NCBI GenBank assembly: GCA_944332715.1
Contig: CALVKN010000068.1
Location: 11,572-75,571, forward strand
Source of the DNA: an uncultured Bacilli bacterium
Lineage (GTDB): Bacteria; Bacillota_I; Bacilli_A; RF39; UBA660
Reading direction: 5' to 3'
DNA: 64,000 nt
Made by a program: the position numbers and the translations under genes. Below the pieces are notes generated by a model. That model saw only the letters and a program-made list of their open reading frames with translations, was not told where the DNA came from and searched no databases. Shown in pieces: positions 17,215 to 26,915 of this stretch. Numbering within the stretch: the first letter of the stretch is position 1; every line of letters starts with the position of its first letter.

Positions 17215-20200
17215 ATGGAAGGCAAACCGACCGCCGCCCACCGCCCGTTCGGCATGCGGGACAACCTGGCGTATGCCGCGGGCGACTTTGGCTGCAACAT
17301 GAGCTTTGCGCTCAAGGGCACGCTGGTCATCTTCTGGACGCAGTACATGGGCATGGACTCGCTGCTCTACGCCGCGCTGCTGCTCATCGTGCAGGTCTGG
17401 GACGCGATCAACGACCCGCTCATCGGCGCGCTGATCGACGCCGACCGCCGCCGCTACAAGCTCGGCAAGTTCAAGGCGTACATCTTCGCCGGCTCCATCG
17501 GCCTGGTGGTCGCGGGCGCGCTGTGCTTCATCCCGTGGCCGAGCGCGCCGGACATCGCCAAGAACATCCTGTTCGTGGCCGGCTACATCATCTGGGACGC
17601 GTTTTACACCGTGGCCAACGTGCCCTACGGCTCGCTGCTGTCGCTGATCTCGTCCGACCCGGGCGACCGCGCGGCGCTGTCCACCTGGCGCAGCATCGGC
17701 TCGCTGCTGGGCAACATCGCCACGATGGTGCTCATCCCGCTGCTGATCTACGACGCGAACCAGAACATTGTCGGCACGCGCGTGTTCTTTGTGGCGCTGA
17801 TCATGGGCGTGATCGGCTTTGCCGCCTTCCAGTTCATGATCCGCAACACCGAGCAGCGCGTGGAGGCGGAGCCGCCCGCCAAGGCAGAGAAACAGAAGTT
17901 CAACGTGTTCAGGGCCATGGGCAACTTCGTCAAAAACCGCGCCGCCGTCGGCACGACGCTCGCGGCCATGGGCATGTTCATCGGCATGCAGGGCGCGACC
18001 GCGGCCGTGACGGTGCTGTTCCAGTCGTATTTTAAAAACGTGCAGCTCTCCGGCGTCGTGCAGATGTTCGCCATGCTGCCGATGATCGTCTTTGCGCCGT
18101 TCATCCGCCGGTTCTCGGTCAAATACGGCAAAAAGGAGATCTCGGCTGTCGGGTCGCTCTGCAGCGTGGCCGCCTGCGTGCTGCTGCTCGTGCTGCCCAT
18201 CACGCCGAACACCATGGGCATGGTGCTGTATGTGGCGTGCCTGCTGCTGTACAGCCTCGGCGTGGGCGTGTACAGCTGCGTGAGCTGGTCGCTCATGGCC
18301 GATGCGATCGACTACAACCAGTGGCGCTTCGGCATGCGCGAGGAGGGCACGGTGTACTCGCTCCACTCCTTCTTCCGCAAGCTGGCGCAGGGCCTCGGGC
18401 CGTCGCTCGTGCTCGTGATCATGGTTGCGCTCGGCTATGTGGAGGAGAACCAGGGCGCGCAGACGGCCGACGTGGCGCTGAACATGCGCTATCTGGTGGC
18501 CGGGCTGTACCTGTTCAGCGCGCTGATGCAGTTTGTGTCGCTGGCGTTTATCTACAACATCGATAAAAAGACGCTGGCGCGGATGAACGCGGAGCTGCTG
18601 GCGCGCAACGAAGGGGATGGCGGGGCCGCACAGGCGCCGGATCCGGGGTGTGCCTGTGCGCGCGACGTCCGCCCGCTGAACGACGGCTGGACGTTCACCA
18701 AGCCGGGGCAGCCGGCGCAGGCCGTCACGCTGCCGCACACGTGGAACGCCGAGGACGGGCAGGACGGCGGCAACGACTACTATCGCGGCACCTGCCGCTA
18801 CGAGCGGCGCATCGCGCGCAGCGAGCTGCCGGCCGGCGAGCGGGTGTACCTCGAATTGCAGGGGGCGAATTCCTCTGCGGACGTGACGCTCAACGGGACG
18901 CCGCTCATGCACCACGACGGCGGCTACTCCACGTGGCGCGTGGATTTGACCGACGCCCTCCGGGATGACAACGTGCTGACGGTGGACGTGGACAACGGCG
19001 CGAACGAGCGCGTCTACCCGCAGATGGCCGACTTCACGTTCTATGGCGGGCTGTACCGCGAGGTCCGGCTCATCGGCGTGCCGGCCTCGCACTTCGACCT
19101 GGATTACTGCGGCGGCCCCGGCATCGCCGTCACGCCCGCCCTGTCGGGGGACGACGCGGACGTGACCGTGCGCGTGTGGCTCACCGACGCGCGGGAGGGG
19201 CAGCAGCTTCGCTATACGCTGTCCGACGCCGCGGGCGAGGCCGTGGCCACGCAGACCGTGCCGGCCGGGCAGGACGAGGCCGTGCTGCACATTGCGGGCG
19301 TGCGCCGCTGGCACGGGCGCAAGGACCCGTACCTGTACACCGCCCGGGTGGAGCTGCTCGACGGGGAGGCCGTGCTCGACTGCGTCGGCGCCCGCTTCGG
19401 CTGCCGCACGTTTGCAATCGACCCGGACCGCGGCTTCCTGCTCAACGGGGAGGAATACCCGCTGCGCGGCGTTTCCCGCCACCAGGACTGGAAGGGCATT
19501 GGCAACGCGCTGCACGCAGAGCACCACCGCCGCGACGTCGACCTGATCTGCGAGCTGGGCGCGACGACCGTGCGCCTTGCCCACTACCAGCACAGCCAGA
19601 CGTTCTACGACCTGTGCGACGAGCGCGGGCTCGTCGTGTGGGCGGAGATCCCGTACATCTCGCGGCACATGCCCGGCGGGCGCGAAAACACGCTCTCGCA
19701 GATGCGCGAGCTGGTCGTGCAGAACTACAACCACCCGTCCATCGTCGTGTGGGGCCTGTCCAACGAGATCACGATGAACGGCGAGAACGACCCCGACCTG
19801 ATTGAGAACCACCGCCTGCTCAACGACCTGTGCCACGAGCTGGACGCGACGCGCAAGACGACCGTCGCCGTGGTGTCGATGTGCGACATCCACGCGCCGT
19901 ACCTGTCCATTCCGGACGTGGTGTCCTACAACCACTACTTCGGCTGGTACGGCGGCGACACGGACATGAACGGCCCGTGGTTCGACCACTTCCACAGCGA
20001 GCGGCCCGATTTGCCCATCGGCATCAGCGAGTACGGGTGCGAGGCGCTGGATTGGCACACCTCCGACCCGCAGCAGGGCGACTACACCGAGGAATACCAG
20101 GCGTATTACCACGAGGAGCTGATCCGGCAGATCCGCGAGCGCCCGTACCTCTGGGCGACGCACGTGTGGAACATGTTCGACTTTGGCGCCGACGCGCGCA

Positions 20201-20865
20201 ACGAGGGCGGCGAGAACGGGCAGAACCACAAGGGCCTGGTCACGTTCGACCGCGCGTACAAGAAGGACGCGTTCTATGCGTACAAGGCGTGGCTGAGCGA
20301 CGAGCCGTTCGTGCACCTGTGCGGCAAGCGGTATGTGGACCGCGTGGAGGACGTCACGCGCGTGACGGTGTATTCCAACCAGCCCGAGGTGGAGCTGCTC
20401 GTCAACGGCAAGCCGTTTGCCCGCCAGCAGGGCGACCTGTTCTTCTACTTTGACGTGCCAAACGCCGGCCGCACCCGGCTCACCGCCGTCGCGGGCGATT
20501 GCCGCGACGAGAGCCACATCCGCAAGGTCGCCAAGTTCAACGAGGCGTACCGCCTGCGCGAGACCGGCGCCGTGCTCAACTGGTTCGACGTCACCGCGCC
20601 GGAGGGCTACTTCTCCCTGAACGACAAGGTCGGCGCCATCCTCGCCGTGCCGGAGGGCAAGGCCCTGTTCGAGCAGCTCATGGCCAAAATGGGCGAGGGT
20701 AAAAAGGAGTTCGCCGGGTTCCAGCTTAACAAGAGCATGATGCGCATGATGGGCGGGTTTACCGTGCTGCGCCTCACCGGCATGCTCGGCATGGCCAACA
20801 TCCACCTGACCAAGGAGCAGCTGCTTTCGCTCAACGAGCAGCTCAACCGCATCCCCAAGCCGTAA
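17215..20865 (+). CDS. Single ORF fusing a GPH-family (glycoside-pentoside-hexuronide:cation symporter, MFS) transporter to a glycoside hydrolase family 2 enzyme (beta-galactosidase/beta-glucuronidase-like)
   Basis: Residues about 1-480 are a 12-TM GPH transporter (MelB/GusB-like: ...DNLAYAAGDFGCNMSFALKGTLVIFWTQYMG...). Residues about 490-1216 are GH2 (LNDGWTFTKP...TLPHTWNAEDG...NGANER...VRLAHYQHSQTFYDLCDERGLVVWAEIPYIS...WGLSNEI...EYGCEA). No stop between the two domains in this frame. AGGAGG upstream of the ATG at 17215. Confidence 0.8.
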   Translation: MEGKPTAAHRPFGMRDNLAYAAGDFGCNMSFALKGTLVIFWTQYMGMDSLLYAALLLIVQVWDAINDPLIGALIDADRRRYKLGKFKAYIFAGSIGLVVAGALCFIPWPSAPDIAKNILFVAGYIIWDAFYTVANVPYGSLLSLISSDPGDRAALSTWRSIGSLLGNIATMVLIPLLIYDANQNIVGTRVFFVALIMGVIGFAAFQFMIRNTEQRVEAEPPAKAEKQKFNVFRAMGNFVKNRAAVGTTLAAMGMFIGMQGATAAVTVLFQSYFKNVQLSGVVQMFAMLPMIVFAPFIRRFSVKYGKKEISAVGSLCSVAACVLLLVLPITPNTMGMVLYVACLLLYSLGVGVYSCVSWSLMADAIDYNQWRFGMREEGTVYSLHSFFRKLAQGLGPSLVLVIMVALGYVEENQGAQTADVALNMRYLVAGLYLFSALMQFVSLAFIYNIDKKTLARMNAELLARNEGDGGAAQAPDPGCACARDVRPLNDGWTFTKPGQPAQAVTLPHTWNAEDGQDGGNDYYRGTCRYERRIARSELPAGERVYLELQGANSSADVTLNGTPLMHHDGGYSTWRVDLTDALRDDNVLTVDVDNGANERVYPQMADFTFYGGLYREVRLIGVPASHFDLDYCGGPGIAVTPALSGDDADVTVRVWLTDAREGQQLRYTLSDAAGEAVATQTVPAGQDEAVLHIAGVRRWHGRKDPYLYTARVELLDGEAVLDCVGARFGCRTFAIDPDRGFLLNGEEYPLRGVSRHQDWKGIGNALHAEHHRRDVDLICELGATTVRLAHYQHSQTFYDLCDERGLVVWAEIPYISRHMPGGRENTLSQMRELVVQNYNHPSIVVWGLSNEITMNGENDPDLIENHRLLNDLCHELDATRKTTVAVVSMCDIHAPYLSIPDVVSYNHYFGWYGGDTDMNGPWFDHFHSERPDLPIGISEYGCEALDWHTSDPQQGDYTEEYQAYYHEELIRQIRERPYLWATHVWNMFDFGADARNEGGENGQNHKGLVTFDRAYKKDAFYAYKAWLSDEPFVHLCGKRYVDRVEDVTRVTVYSNQPEVELLVNGKPFARQQGDLFFYFDVPNAGRTRLTAVAGDCRDESHIRKVAKFNEAYRLRETGAVLNWFDVTAPEGYFSLNDKVGAILAVPEGKALFEQLMAKMGEGKKEFAGFQLNKSMMRMMGGFTVLRLTGMLGMANIHLTKEQLLSLNEQLNRIPKP

Positions 20866-20888
20866 CGGACGGGCGCGGCAGACAAAAC

Positions 20889-20930
20889 AAAACGCCCCCG
20901 GCATATGCCGGGGGCGTTGGCGTTGTTTGG
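20889..20930. terminator. Bidirectional Rho-independent terminator between the convergent GH2 gene and the cytidylate-kinase-like gene
   Basis: AACGCCCCCGGCATATGCCGGGGGCGTT hairpin flanked by A-rich and T-rich runs. Confidence 0.7.
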
Positions 20931-20999
20931 GGCCGGGCGGCGCCTTGGCCGCTTTTTGGGCGCACCGCCTCAAAAGGGCGACACAGGGGGCGCGGGCGC

Positions 21000-21629
21000 T
21001 TACGGGCGCGGCAGCGCGGCCGCGCGCACGAGCAGCTCCGCGCAGCCGTCCACGCCGAAGCGGCCGCAGTCCAGCATCAGGTCGTAGGCGTCGTAGCTGC
21101 CCCAGCGCTTGTCGGAAAAATACGAGTAGTAGCCGGCGCGCTGCCGGTCGATCTGGCGGATGCGGCTGCGGGCGGTGGCCTCGTCGATGCCGTAGTAGCG
21201 CACGCAGCGCTGCACGCGCGTCTCGAGGTCGGCGTGGATGAACGCGGTCACGAGCCCCGCTTGCCCGCGCAGCACATAGTCCGCGCAGCGGCCGATGATC
21301 ACGCAGTCCTCCGTCTGTGCCAGCTGGCGGATCACCGCGGACTGGGCGAGGAACAGCCGGTCGGTCAGGGGCGTTTGCACCATGCCGGCCGCCGTGCCGC
21401 GCGCGGCGCCGAGGCCGAGCGGCGCGTTGTAGAGCAGGCCGTTCGTGGGGCGCTCCTCCGCCTGGGCGGCGACCTCCGGGTCCAGCCCGGCGCGCTTTGC
21501 CGCCAGCGTGAGCAACTCGCTGTCGTAAAAGGAGAAGCCCAGCCTGGCCGCCGTCCGGCGGCCGATTTCGCGTCCGCCGCTGCCATACTGGCGGCCGATG
21601 GTGATGATGCGGTGCGGCTGTGATTCCAT
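21000..21629 (-). CDS. Cytidylate kinase-like family protein
   Basis: IITIGRQYGSGGREIG P-loop-like N-terminus typical of the cytidylate kinase-like (PF13189) family. AAAGGAGG before the ATG at 21629. Confidence 0.7.
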   Translation of the reverse strand: MESQPHRIITIGRQYGSGGREIGRRTAARLGFSFYDSELLTLAAKRAGLDPEVAAQAEERPTNGLLYNAPLGLGAARGTAAGMVQTPLTDRLFLAQSAVIRQLAQTEDCVIIGRCADYVLRGQAGLVTAFIHADLETRVQRCVRYYGIDEATARSRIRQIDRQRAGYYSYFSDKRWGSYDAYDLMLDCGRFGVDGCAELLVRAAALPRP

Positions 21630-21742
21630 GGGACAGACCTCCTTTGCCTGCATCGGTGGTGGGGGAATGGTTCCTCTTTGTCATTATACCGCCGTCCGGC
21701 AGCGGCAAACAAGCAAAACATTTTGCGGCCGCGCATCAGGCG

Positions 21743-23176
21743 TCAGGCCGCGTGCCGGGATGCGGCGGCCTGGGCCCGGGGCTGCTGCGCCGGCGTCGCG
21801 GCGGCCACGGCAAAGCGCTTCCACGCGCCGCAGCGCAGGCGCAGCGTGAACAGCACGCCGCGCAGGCACTCGTCCGCCGCCATGCCGATCCACAGGCCGA
21901 CGAGCCCCATGCCGTAGTGCACGCCCAGCAGATAGCCGAGCCCGACGGCGACCACCCACGTGGAGAACAGCGCGGCGCCGACCGGGAAGCGCACGTCGCC
22001 CACGGCGATCAGGCAGCGCACCATCGTGATGTTCACCGAGCGGCCGAGCTCGAGCACAAACTCGACGAGCAGCACCTGCCGCGCCAGCGCGATGACGGCG
22101 GCGTCCTGCGTAAACAGGCGGAAGATGGGCTCGACCAGCAGGAACACGGCCAGGTTCATGCTCTCCGACACTGCGATGGAGAGCAGTACCGAGCGGGCAA
22201 TGCGCCGCCCGGCCGTGTGCAGGTCGCCCCGCCCGGCCAGATAGCCGACGACGATCTGCGTCGCCTGCGCAATGGCCACGGAGTACAGGTAGATGGCGTT
22301 GGCCACCATGCAGCAGTAGATCTTGGTGTTGATCGCCACCGTGCCGAGGCGGTTGACGAACTTCATGATCATCAGCTGCGAAAACTGGTAGGAGAACGAC
22401 TCGAGCGCGCAGGGCAGGCTGATGCGCAGCGTCTGCTTGGCCGCCGTGGCCGGGAAGGGCCGCAGGAGCGACGGGCGCACGCGCGCGTCGGTGCGCCGCA
22501 CGAGCACATAGGCCGCGAGCGCAAGCCCCACGCACTTGCTGACGTTGCTCGAGATGGCGGCGCCCACGGCCCCGAGCCGCGGCAGGCCGAACAGCCCGTT
22601 GATGAGCAGCGCGTTGCCGCCGATGTTGAGCAGGTTCATGACCGCGGCGGTGAACAGCACCTGCTGCACGAGGCCGTGGCTGCGCAGCACGGCGCACAGC
22701 AGCATGTACAGCCCCTGCACGAACAGCCCGAGCGCGACGATGCGCGTGTAGCTCACCGTCTCCGCCATCAGCTCTTCCGGCACGCTGATGGCGCGGAACA
22801 TCGGTTCCGGCAGCAGGTACAGCGCGGCCGACACGAGCGCCGCGCTGACGAGCACGAGCAGCGCCGACACCGTCGTGACGGTGGAGACGTTGCGTTCGTC
22901 GCGCGCGCCGAGCGACTGCGCCACGAGCACCGTGGCGCCCATGCACAGCGTGCTGAGCACGAGGATGGCGATGTTGATGATCTGGTTCGCGTTGCCCACG
23001 GCGCCCACCGCCGTCTGGGAATAGCCGCTGAGCATGGCCTGGTCGGCGTTGCCCACCAGCAGCTGCAGCAGCAGCTCGAGAAAGATCGGCAGGGACATAA
23101 AAAAGACCCTGCGCGCGCTGTATTCGGTTTCTGCCGGCGCTGCGAGGCGCGGCGCCCGGCTCTGTCGCTTTTGCAT
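21743..23176 (-). CDS. MATE-family efflux transporter
   Basis: 12-TM protein with a MATE-like duplicated structure (LPIFLELLLQLLVGNADQAML ... second half FPVGAAL...). AAGGAG before the ATG near 23176. Confidence 0.8.
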   Translation of the reverse strand: MQKRQSRAPRLAAPAETEYSARRVFFMSLPIFLELLLQLLVGNADQAMLSGYSQTAVGAVGNANQIINIAILVLSTLCMGATVLVAQSLGARDERNVSTVTTVSALLVLVSAALVSAALYLLPEPMFRAISVPEELMAETVSYTRIVALGLFVQGLYMLLCAVLRSHGLVQQVLFTAAVMNLLNIGGNALLINGLFGLPRLGAVGAAISSNVSKCVGLALAAYVLVRRTDARVRPSLLRPFPATAAKQTLRISLPCALESFSYQFSQLMIMKFVNRLGTVAINTKIYCCMVANAIYLYSVAIAQATQIVVGYLAGRGDLHTAGRRIARSVLLSIAVSESMNLAVFLLVEPIFRLFTQDAAVIALARQVLLVEFVLELGRSVNITMVRCLIAVGDVRFPVGAALFSTWVVAVGLGYLLGVHYGMGLVGLWIGMAADECLRGVLFTLRLRCGAWKRFAVAAATPAQQPRAQAAASRHAA

Positions 23177-23385
23177 GGCAAAGCTCCTTTCCGGCCCCGG
23201 CGCCCGGCGGGCGGCGGGGGATTCTGTGCAGGGGGGCGGCGCGCTTGGCCGGCCCCCGCGTTTGCCGCGGACTATCATAGCACGGCGCGCGCAGAATGCA
23301 AGCGTATCCACAAAGAGTTTACAATTTGCCGCCGGCGCTTGACGGGACCGGGCGGCTGGCTTACACTGGAGGGGAAACGGAGGGG

Positions 23386-24312
23386 ATGCGGGTGGAAACG
23401 GCGCTCATCGTCGCCGAAAAAGTGCTGTTTATCGGGCTGCTGATGGCGGTCGGGTTCCTGTGCGGCAAGCTCGGGCTGATCGACCGGGAACTGAACCGCA
23501 AGGCGTCGGAGCTGCTGCTGCTCGTCGTCTCGCCGTGCCTCATCTTTTCCTCCTACCAGGTGGAATACGATGCCGCGCTGCTGGGCAACCTGCTGCTGGC
23601 GTTCGGGCTGTCGGCGGGGAGCTTTGCCGTGCAGCTGCTGTGCGCGCACCTGCTGCTGCCGCGCAGGCGGCCCGACGCGGCCGTGGAGCAGCTGAGCGTG
23701 GTGTATCCCAACTGCATGTTCCTCGGCATCCCGCTCATCGAGGCGCTGTACGGCGCGGAGGGCGTGCTGTACCTGACGGCGTACATCACCTGTTTCAACG
23801 TGCTGTTTTGGACGCACGGCGTGATCGTCATGGACGGGAAATGCGACGGGCGGCAGCTGCTCAAAAAGCTCTGCTCGCCGGCGCTGATCGCCATTGCGAT
23901 GGGTCTCGCGCTGTTCCTGCTGCGCGTGCGGCTGCCGGGCTGGATACTCGGCCCCGTGCGCTCCATCAGCGGCATGAACACGCCGCTGGCGATGCTGATC
24001 GCGGGCGCCACGATCTCGCAGACGCCGCTGCGCAGCTGCGTGCGGGAGGGGCGGCTGTACCGGGTGCTGGCGATCCGGATGCTGCTCGTGCCGGCGCTGC
24101 TGCTTGCGGCGTTCTGGGCGCTGCCGGTGCCGGTCATGCCGAAGATGGCGGTGTTCCTCGCCGCCTCCTGCCCGACGGCGTCCTATTGCACGATGTTTGC
24201 GCTGCGCTATGGGCACGACGGCGGCTATGCGGCCCGCATCTTTGCGCTTACGACGCTGTCGGCGGCGGTGTGCCTGCCGCTCATGGCGCTGGCCGCGGGG
24301 TTGCTGTTCTGA
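23386..24312 (+). CDS. AEC-family (auxin efflux carrier / malate permease-like) membrane transporter
   Basis: 10-TM permease with the AEC N- and C-terminal repeat architecture. GGAGGGG before the ATG at 23386. Confidence 0.75.
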   Translation: MRVETALIVAEKVLFIGLLMAVGFLCGKLGLIDRELNRKASELLLLVVSPCLIFSSYQVEYDAALLGNLLLAFGLSAGSFAVQLLCAHLLLPRRRPDAAVEQLSVVYPNCMFLGIPLIEALYGAEGVLYLTAYITCFNVLFWTHGVIVMDGKCDGRQLLKKLCSPALIAIAMGLALFLLRVRLPGWILGPVRSISGMNTPLAMLIAGATISQTPLRSCVREGRLYRVLAIRMLLVPALLLAAFWALPVPVMPKMAVFLAASCPTASYCTMFALRYGHDGGYAARIFALTTLSAAVCLPLMALAAGLLF

Positions 24313-24434
24313 CGATTGTTCGAATGTAGCGGTGTTGCGGCTTGCGGCTTGCCGCAGGGGCGCGCGCATGCTATAATAAACAAAATATCCTGGCAGTATT
24401 GTCTTTTTGACAGAACGGGGGGAAAAAGGCAGCC

Positions 24435-25853
24435 ATGGAAACGCGACAGAAACCCGGCTCCCACGGGCGGCGCAGGGTGGTGCTGTGGGCGGTGCTGATC
24501 GTCCTCGCCATCGCGCTCGTTGCCGCCGCCGTGCACCTGTACCGCGTGCTGCGCGCGCCGCGATCCATGTTCCAGGGGCCGGATCAGGCGGCGCTGGAGG
24601 CGTCGCCGGAGCAGGCGGGCACGGCCGGCCAGACGCCGGCCCCGGCCCCGACGCAGGCGCCGCTGCCGGAGGGCATGGTAAACTTTCTCGTGTTGGGCGT
24701 GGACGCGCTGTCCGACGGGTCGGGCAAGACGTACAGTGCGGACTGCCATACCGATACGATCCTCGTGGCGGCGGTGGACTTTGACCGGGACACGGTAGAC
24801 CTCATCTCCATCCCGCGCGACACGTTCCGCCGGGTGCCCGGCAGCACCGGGTATTATAAGATCAACGCGGCCGTCAACGTCGGCGGCGGGGCGGACGCGC
24901 CGGGCGGCGCCGGGTATTTGCGCACGTGCGAGACGGTGTCCGAAATGCTCGGCGGGATGCCGGTGGACTACTATGTGGCGCTGCATTTCGACTCCGTCAT
25001 CCAGCTCGTGGACGCGCTGGGCGGCATCGACTATGAGCTCGAGGGCTGGATCAACGAGGGCGGGCGCCACTATGACGCCGGCATGCAGCACCTGGACGGG
25101 CAGGGCGTGCTGGACTATCTGCGCGTGCGCAAGAGCTCGCGCACGAACATGGACACCGGCGACCAGGCGCGCGTGGAGCGGCAGAAGCGGATGCTCGTGG
25201 CCATCTATGAAAAGGTGCGCGAGCAGGACATGCTGCGCCTCATCCCGACGCTGCTGACCACGCTCGAGGGCGTGCACACCAACCTGAACCTGTCGCAGAT
25301 GCTGGCGCTCGCCAACTACGGCAGGAGCGCGGTGAGCGCCGACCAGATCCGCATGTATACGATGGGCGGCGCGTCGCGCCAGTCGGAGGACACGCCCTGG
25401 AATTTCGTGTTTACCGACCAGGAGGACCGCATTGCGCTCATCGAGACGGTCTACGGGGTGACGGCGGAGCCGGAGGCCTGCTGCTCCTATGCGCACCTGC
25501 TGTACCTCGAGCGGTACGGCTTTGAGAGCATTCGCACGCAGTCGATCGTGCGGGAGATGTGCGCCGCGGTCGACCCGGACGCGCTGGACGCGGAGCAGCG
25601 CGAGCTGTATGAAGCGGTGCTGGCCGGCCAGGAGACGCTGCAGCAGCGCATGGACGAGGCGGCGGCCTTCCTCGTGGAGACGCCGAAGCCCTCCGCGGAA
25701 CCGTGTGTGGCCGCCCGCACGGAGGCCCGCAGGCTGCAAAAGGCGGCGGACGCGTTTGCCAAGGCGTATGGCTATGAATTGCCGCACTGGTGGGTGCAGG
25801 ACGACTGGTGGAACGACACGTACATCAACGACGTGACGGTGGATTTCCGCTGA
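24435..25853 (+). CDS. LytR-CpsA-Psr (LCP) family cell-envelope phosphotransferase
   Basis: N-terminal TM segment, then an LCP core (NFLVLGVDA...DTILVAAVD...ISIPRDT...YKINAA). Confidence 0.85.
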   Translation: METRQKPGSHGRRRVVLWAVLIVLAIALVAAAVHLYRVLRAPRSMFQGPDQAALEASPEQAGTAGQTPAPAPTQAPLPEGMVNFLVLGVDALSDGSGKTYSADCHTDTILVAAVDFDRDTVDLISIPRDTFRRVPGSTGYYKINAAVNVGGGADAPGGAGYLRTCETVSEMLGGMPVDYYVALHFDSVIQLVDALGGIDYELEGWINEGGRHYDAGMQHLDGQGVLDYLRVRKSSRTNMDTGDQARVERQKRMLVAIYEKVREQDMLRLIPTLLTTLEGVHTNLNLSQMLALANYGRSAVSADQIRMYTMGGASRQSEDTPWNFVFTDQEDRIALIETVYGVTAEPEACCSYAHLLYLERYGFESIRTQSIVREMCAAVDPDALDAEQRELYEAVLAGQETLQQRMDEAAAFLVETPKPSAEPCVAARTEARRLQKAADAFAKAYGYELPHWWVQDDWWNDTYINDVTVDFR

Positions 25854-25960
25854 CGGCAGCTCCGCCGGCCGCCGGGCCTGCGCGCGCAAGGCGGCCGCGT
25901 CCTGAGGGAAAATGTATCGCGGACCGGATTTTTTGACATAAGTGAGTGAGGAGAACGCAT

Positions 25961-26875
25961 ATGCTGGATATTGCGATTATCGGCGGCGGGCCGGCCGGGC
26001 TCTCCGCGGGGCTGTACGCCATGCGCGGCGGCGCGGACGCCGCGCTCTACGAGGGCCTGTTTGTGGGGGGCCAGGCGACCAAGACGCACCGGATCGACAA
26101 CTATCCCGGGTTCCGGGAGGGCGTGGAGGGCTTTCAGCTCGGCGTGGAGCTGGAGCAGCACGCGGCGCGCTTCGGGCTTACGGTGACGTATGCCACCGTG
26201 GAGTCGGTCGACCTGGCGGGCGACGTCAAGAAGCTGGTCGTGGACGGCGAGACGGTCGAGGCGCGGACGGTGATCCTCGCCATGGGCGCCAAGCCGCGCC
26301 CGCTCGGGCTGCCGCGCGAGGCGGAGCTGACCGGCAAGGGCGTGTCGTACTGTGCCACGTGCGACGGCGCGTTTTTCAAGGGGAAGCAGGTGGCCGTGGT
26401 CGGCGGCGGCGACACCGCCGTTTCCGACGCGCTGTACCTGGCCCGGTTCGTGGAGCGGGTGTACGTCGTGCACCGGCGCGGCGAGCTGCGCGCGGCCAAA
26501 TCGCTCCAGCAGGCGGCGTTTGCCGAGGAGAAGGTCGAGTTCGTGTTCCACAGCGTCGCGGAGGCGTTCGTGGGCGAGGAGAAGGTCGAGGGGCTGACGG
26601 TCAAGGACGTCCGCACCGGCGCGCTGCGCACGCTGCCGGTCTCGGGCGTGTTCGCGGCGGTGGGCATCGTGCCGGAGTCCGGGCTCGTGCGCGGGCAGGT
26701 CGCCTGCACGGAGGACGGCCGCATCCGCACGAACGAGTTCATGGAGACGGACGTGCCGGGCGTGTACGCCGCGGGCGACATCCGCACGACGCCGCTTCGG
26801 CAGGTGATCACCGCCTGCGCGGACGGCGCGGTGGCCGCCACGCGCGCGCTGGAATATTGCAGCGAGCGGGGCTGA
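25961..26875 (+). CDS. trxB: Thioredoxin-disulfide reductase
   Basis: IIGGGPAGLSAGLYA FAD motif, CATC redox-active disulfide, GGGDTA NADPH motif. ATG at 25961 with a GAGGAG Shine-Dalgarno. Confidence 0.9.
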   Translation: MLDIAIIGGGPAGLSAGLYAMRGGADAALYEGLFVGGQATKTHRIDNYPGFREGVEGFQLGVELEQHAARFGLTVTYATVESVDLAGDVKKLVVDGETVEARTVILAMGAKPRPLGLPREAELTGKGVSYCATCDGAFFKGKQVAVVGGGDTAVSDALYLARFVERVYVVHRRGELRAAKSLQQAAFAEEKVEFVFHSVAEAFVGEEKVEGLTVKDVRTGALRTLPVSGVFAAVGIVPESGLVRGQVACTEDGRIRTNEFMETDVPGVYAAGDIRTTPLRQVITACADGAVAATRALEYCSERG

Positions 26876-26915
26876 GCGGCCCCGGATCAAGACGCATACA
26901 GGGGGAATTTGACAC

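Noticed and set aside
18630-18680. GGCGCC and GGATCC restriction sites inside the transporter-GH2 linker, which raised the thought of an engineered junction.
   Set aside because: Such hexamers are frequent in GC-rich DNA. The surrounding codon usage matches the rest of the gene, and there are no other vector-like features.
17113-21708. 1531-aa minus-strand ORF spanning the transporter-GH2 gene and beyond.
   Set aside because: Antisense to a domain-rich gene and running across a bidirectional terminator and into the opposite-strand cytidylate-kinase-like gene. Low-complexity Arg/Ala/Gly composition.
15121-23230. One-base disagreements between my hand-indexing of the sequence and the ORF-track frames, seen around 15121/15181 and 23220, plus a one-base shift at the MATE, ychF, ParB-like and alaX starts.
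   Set aside because: Where I could localise them they fall beside G/C homopolymer runs, but I could not resolve which count is right. Codon-level starts are approximate to the nearest codon. Where I could not resolve a count I followed the ORF-track frame. Not treated as biological frameshifts.
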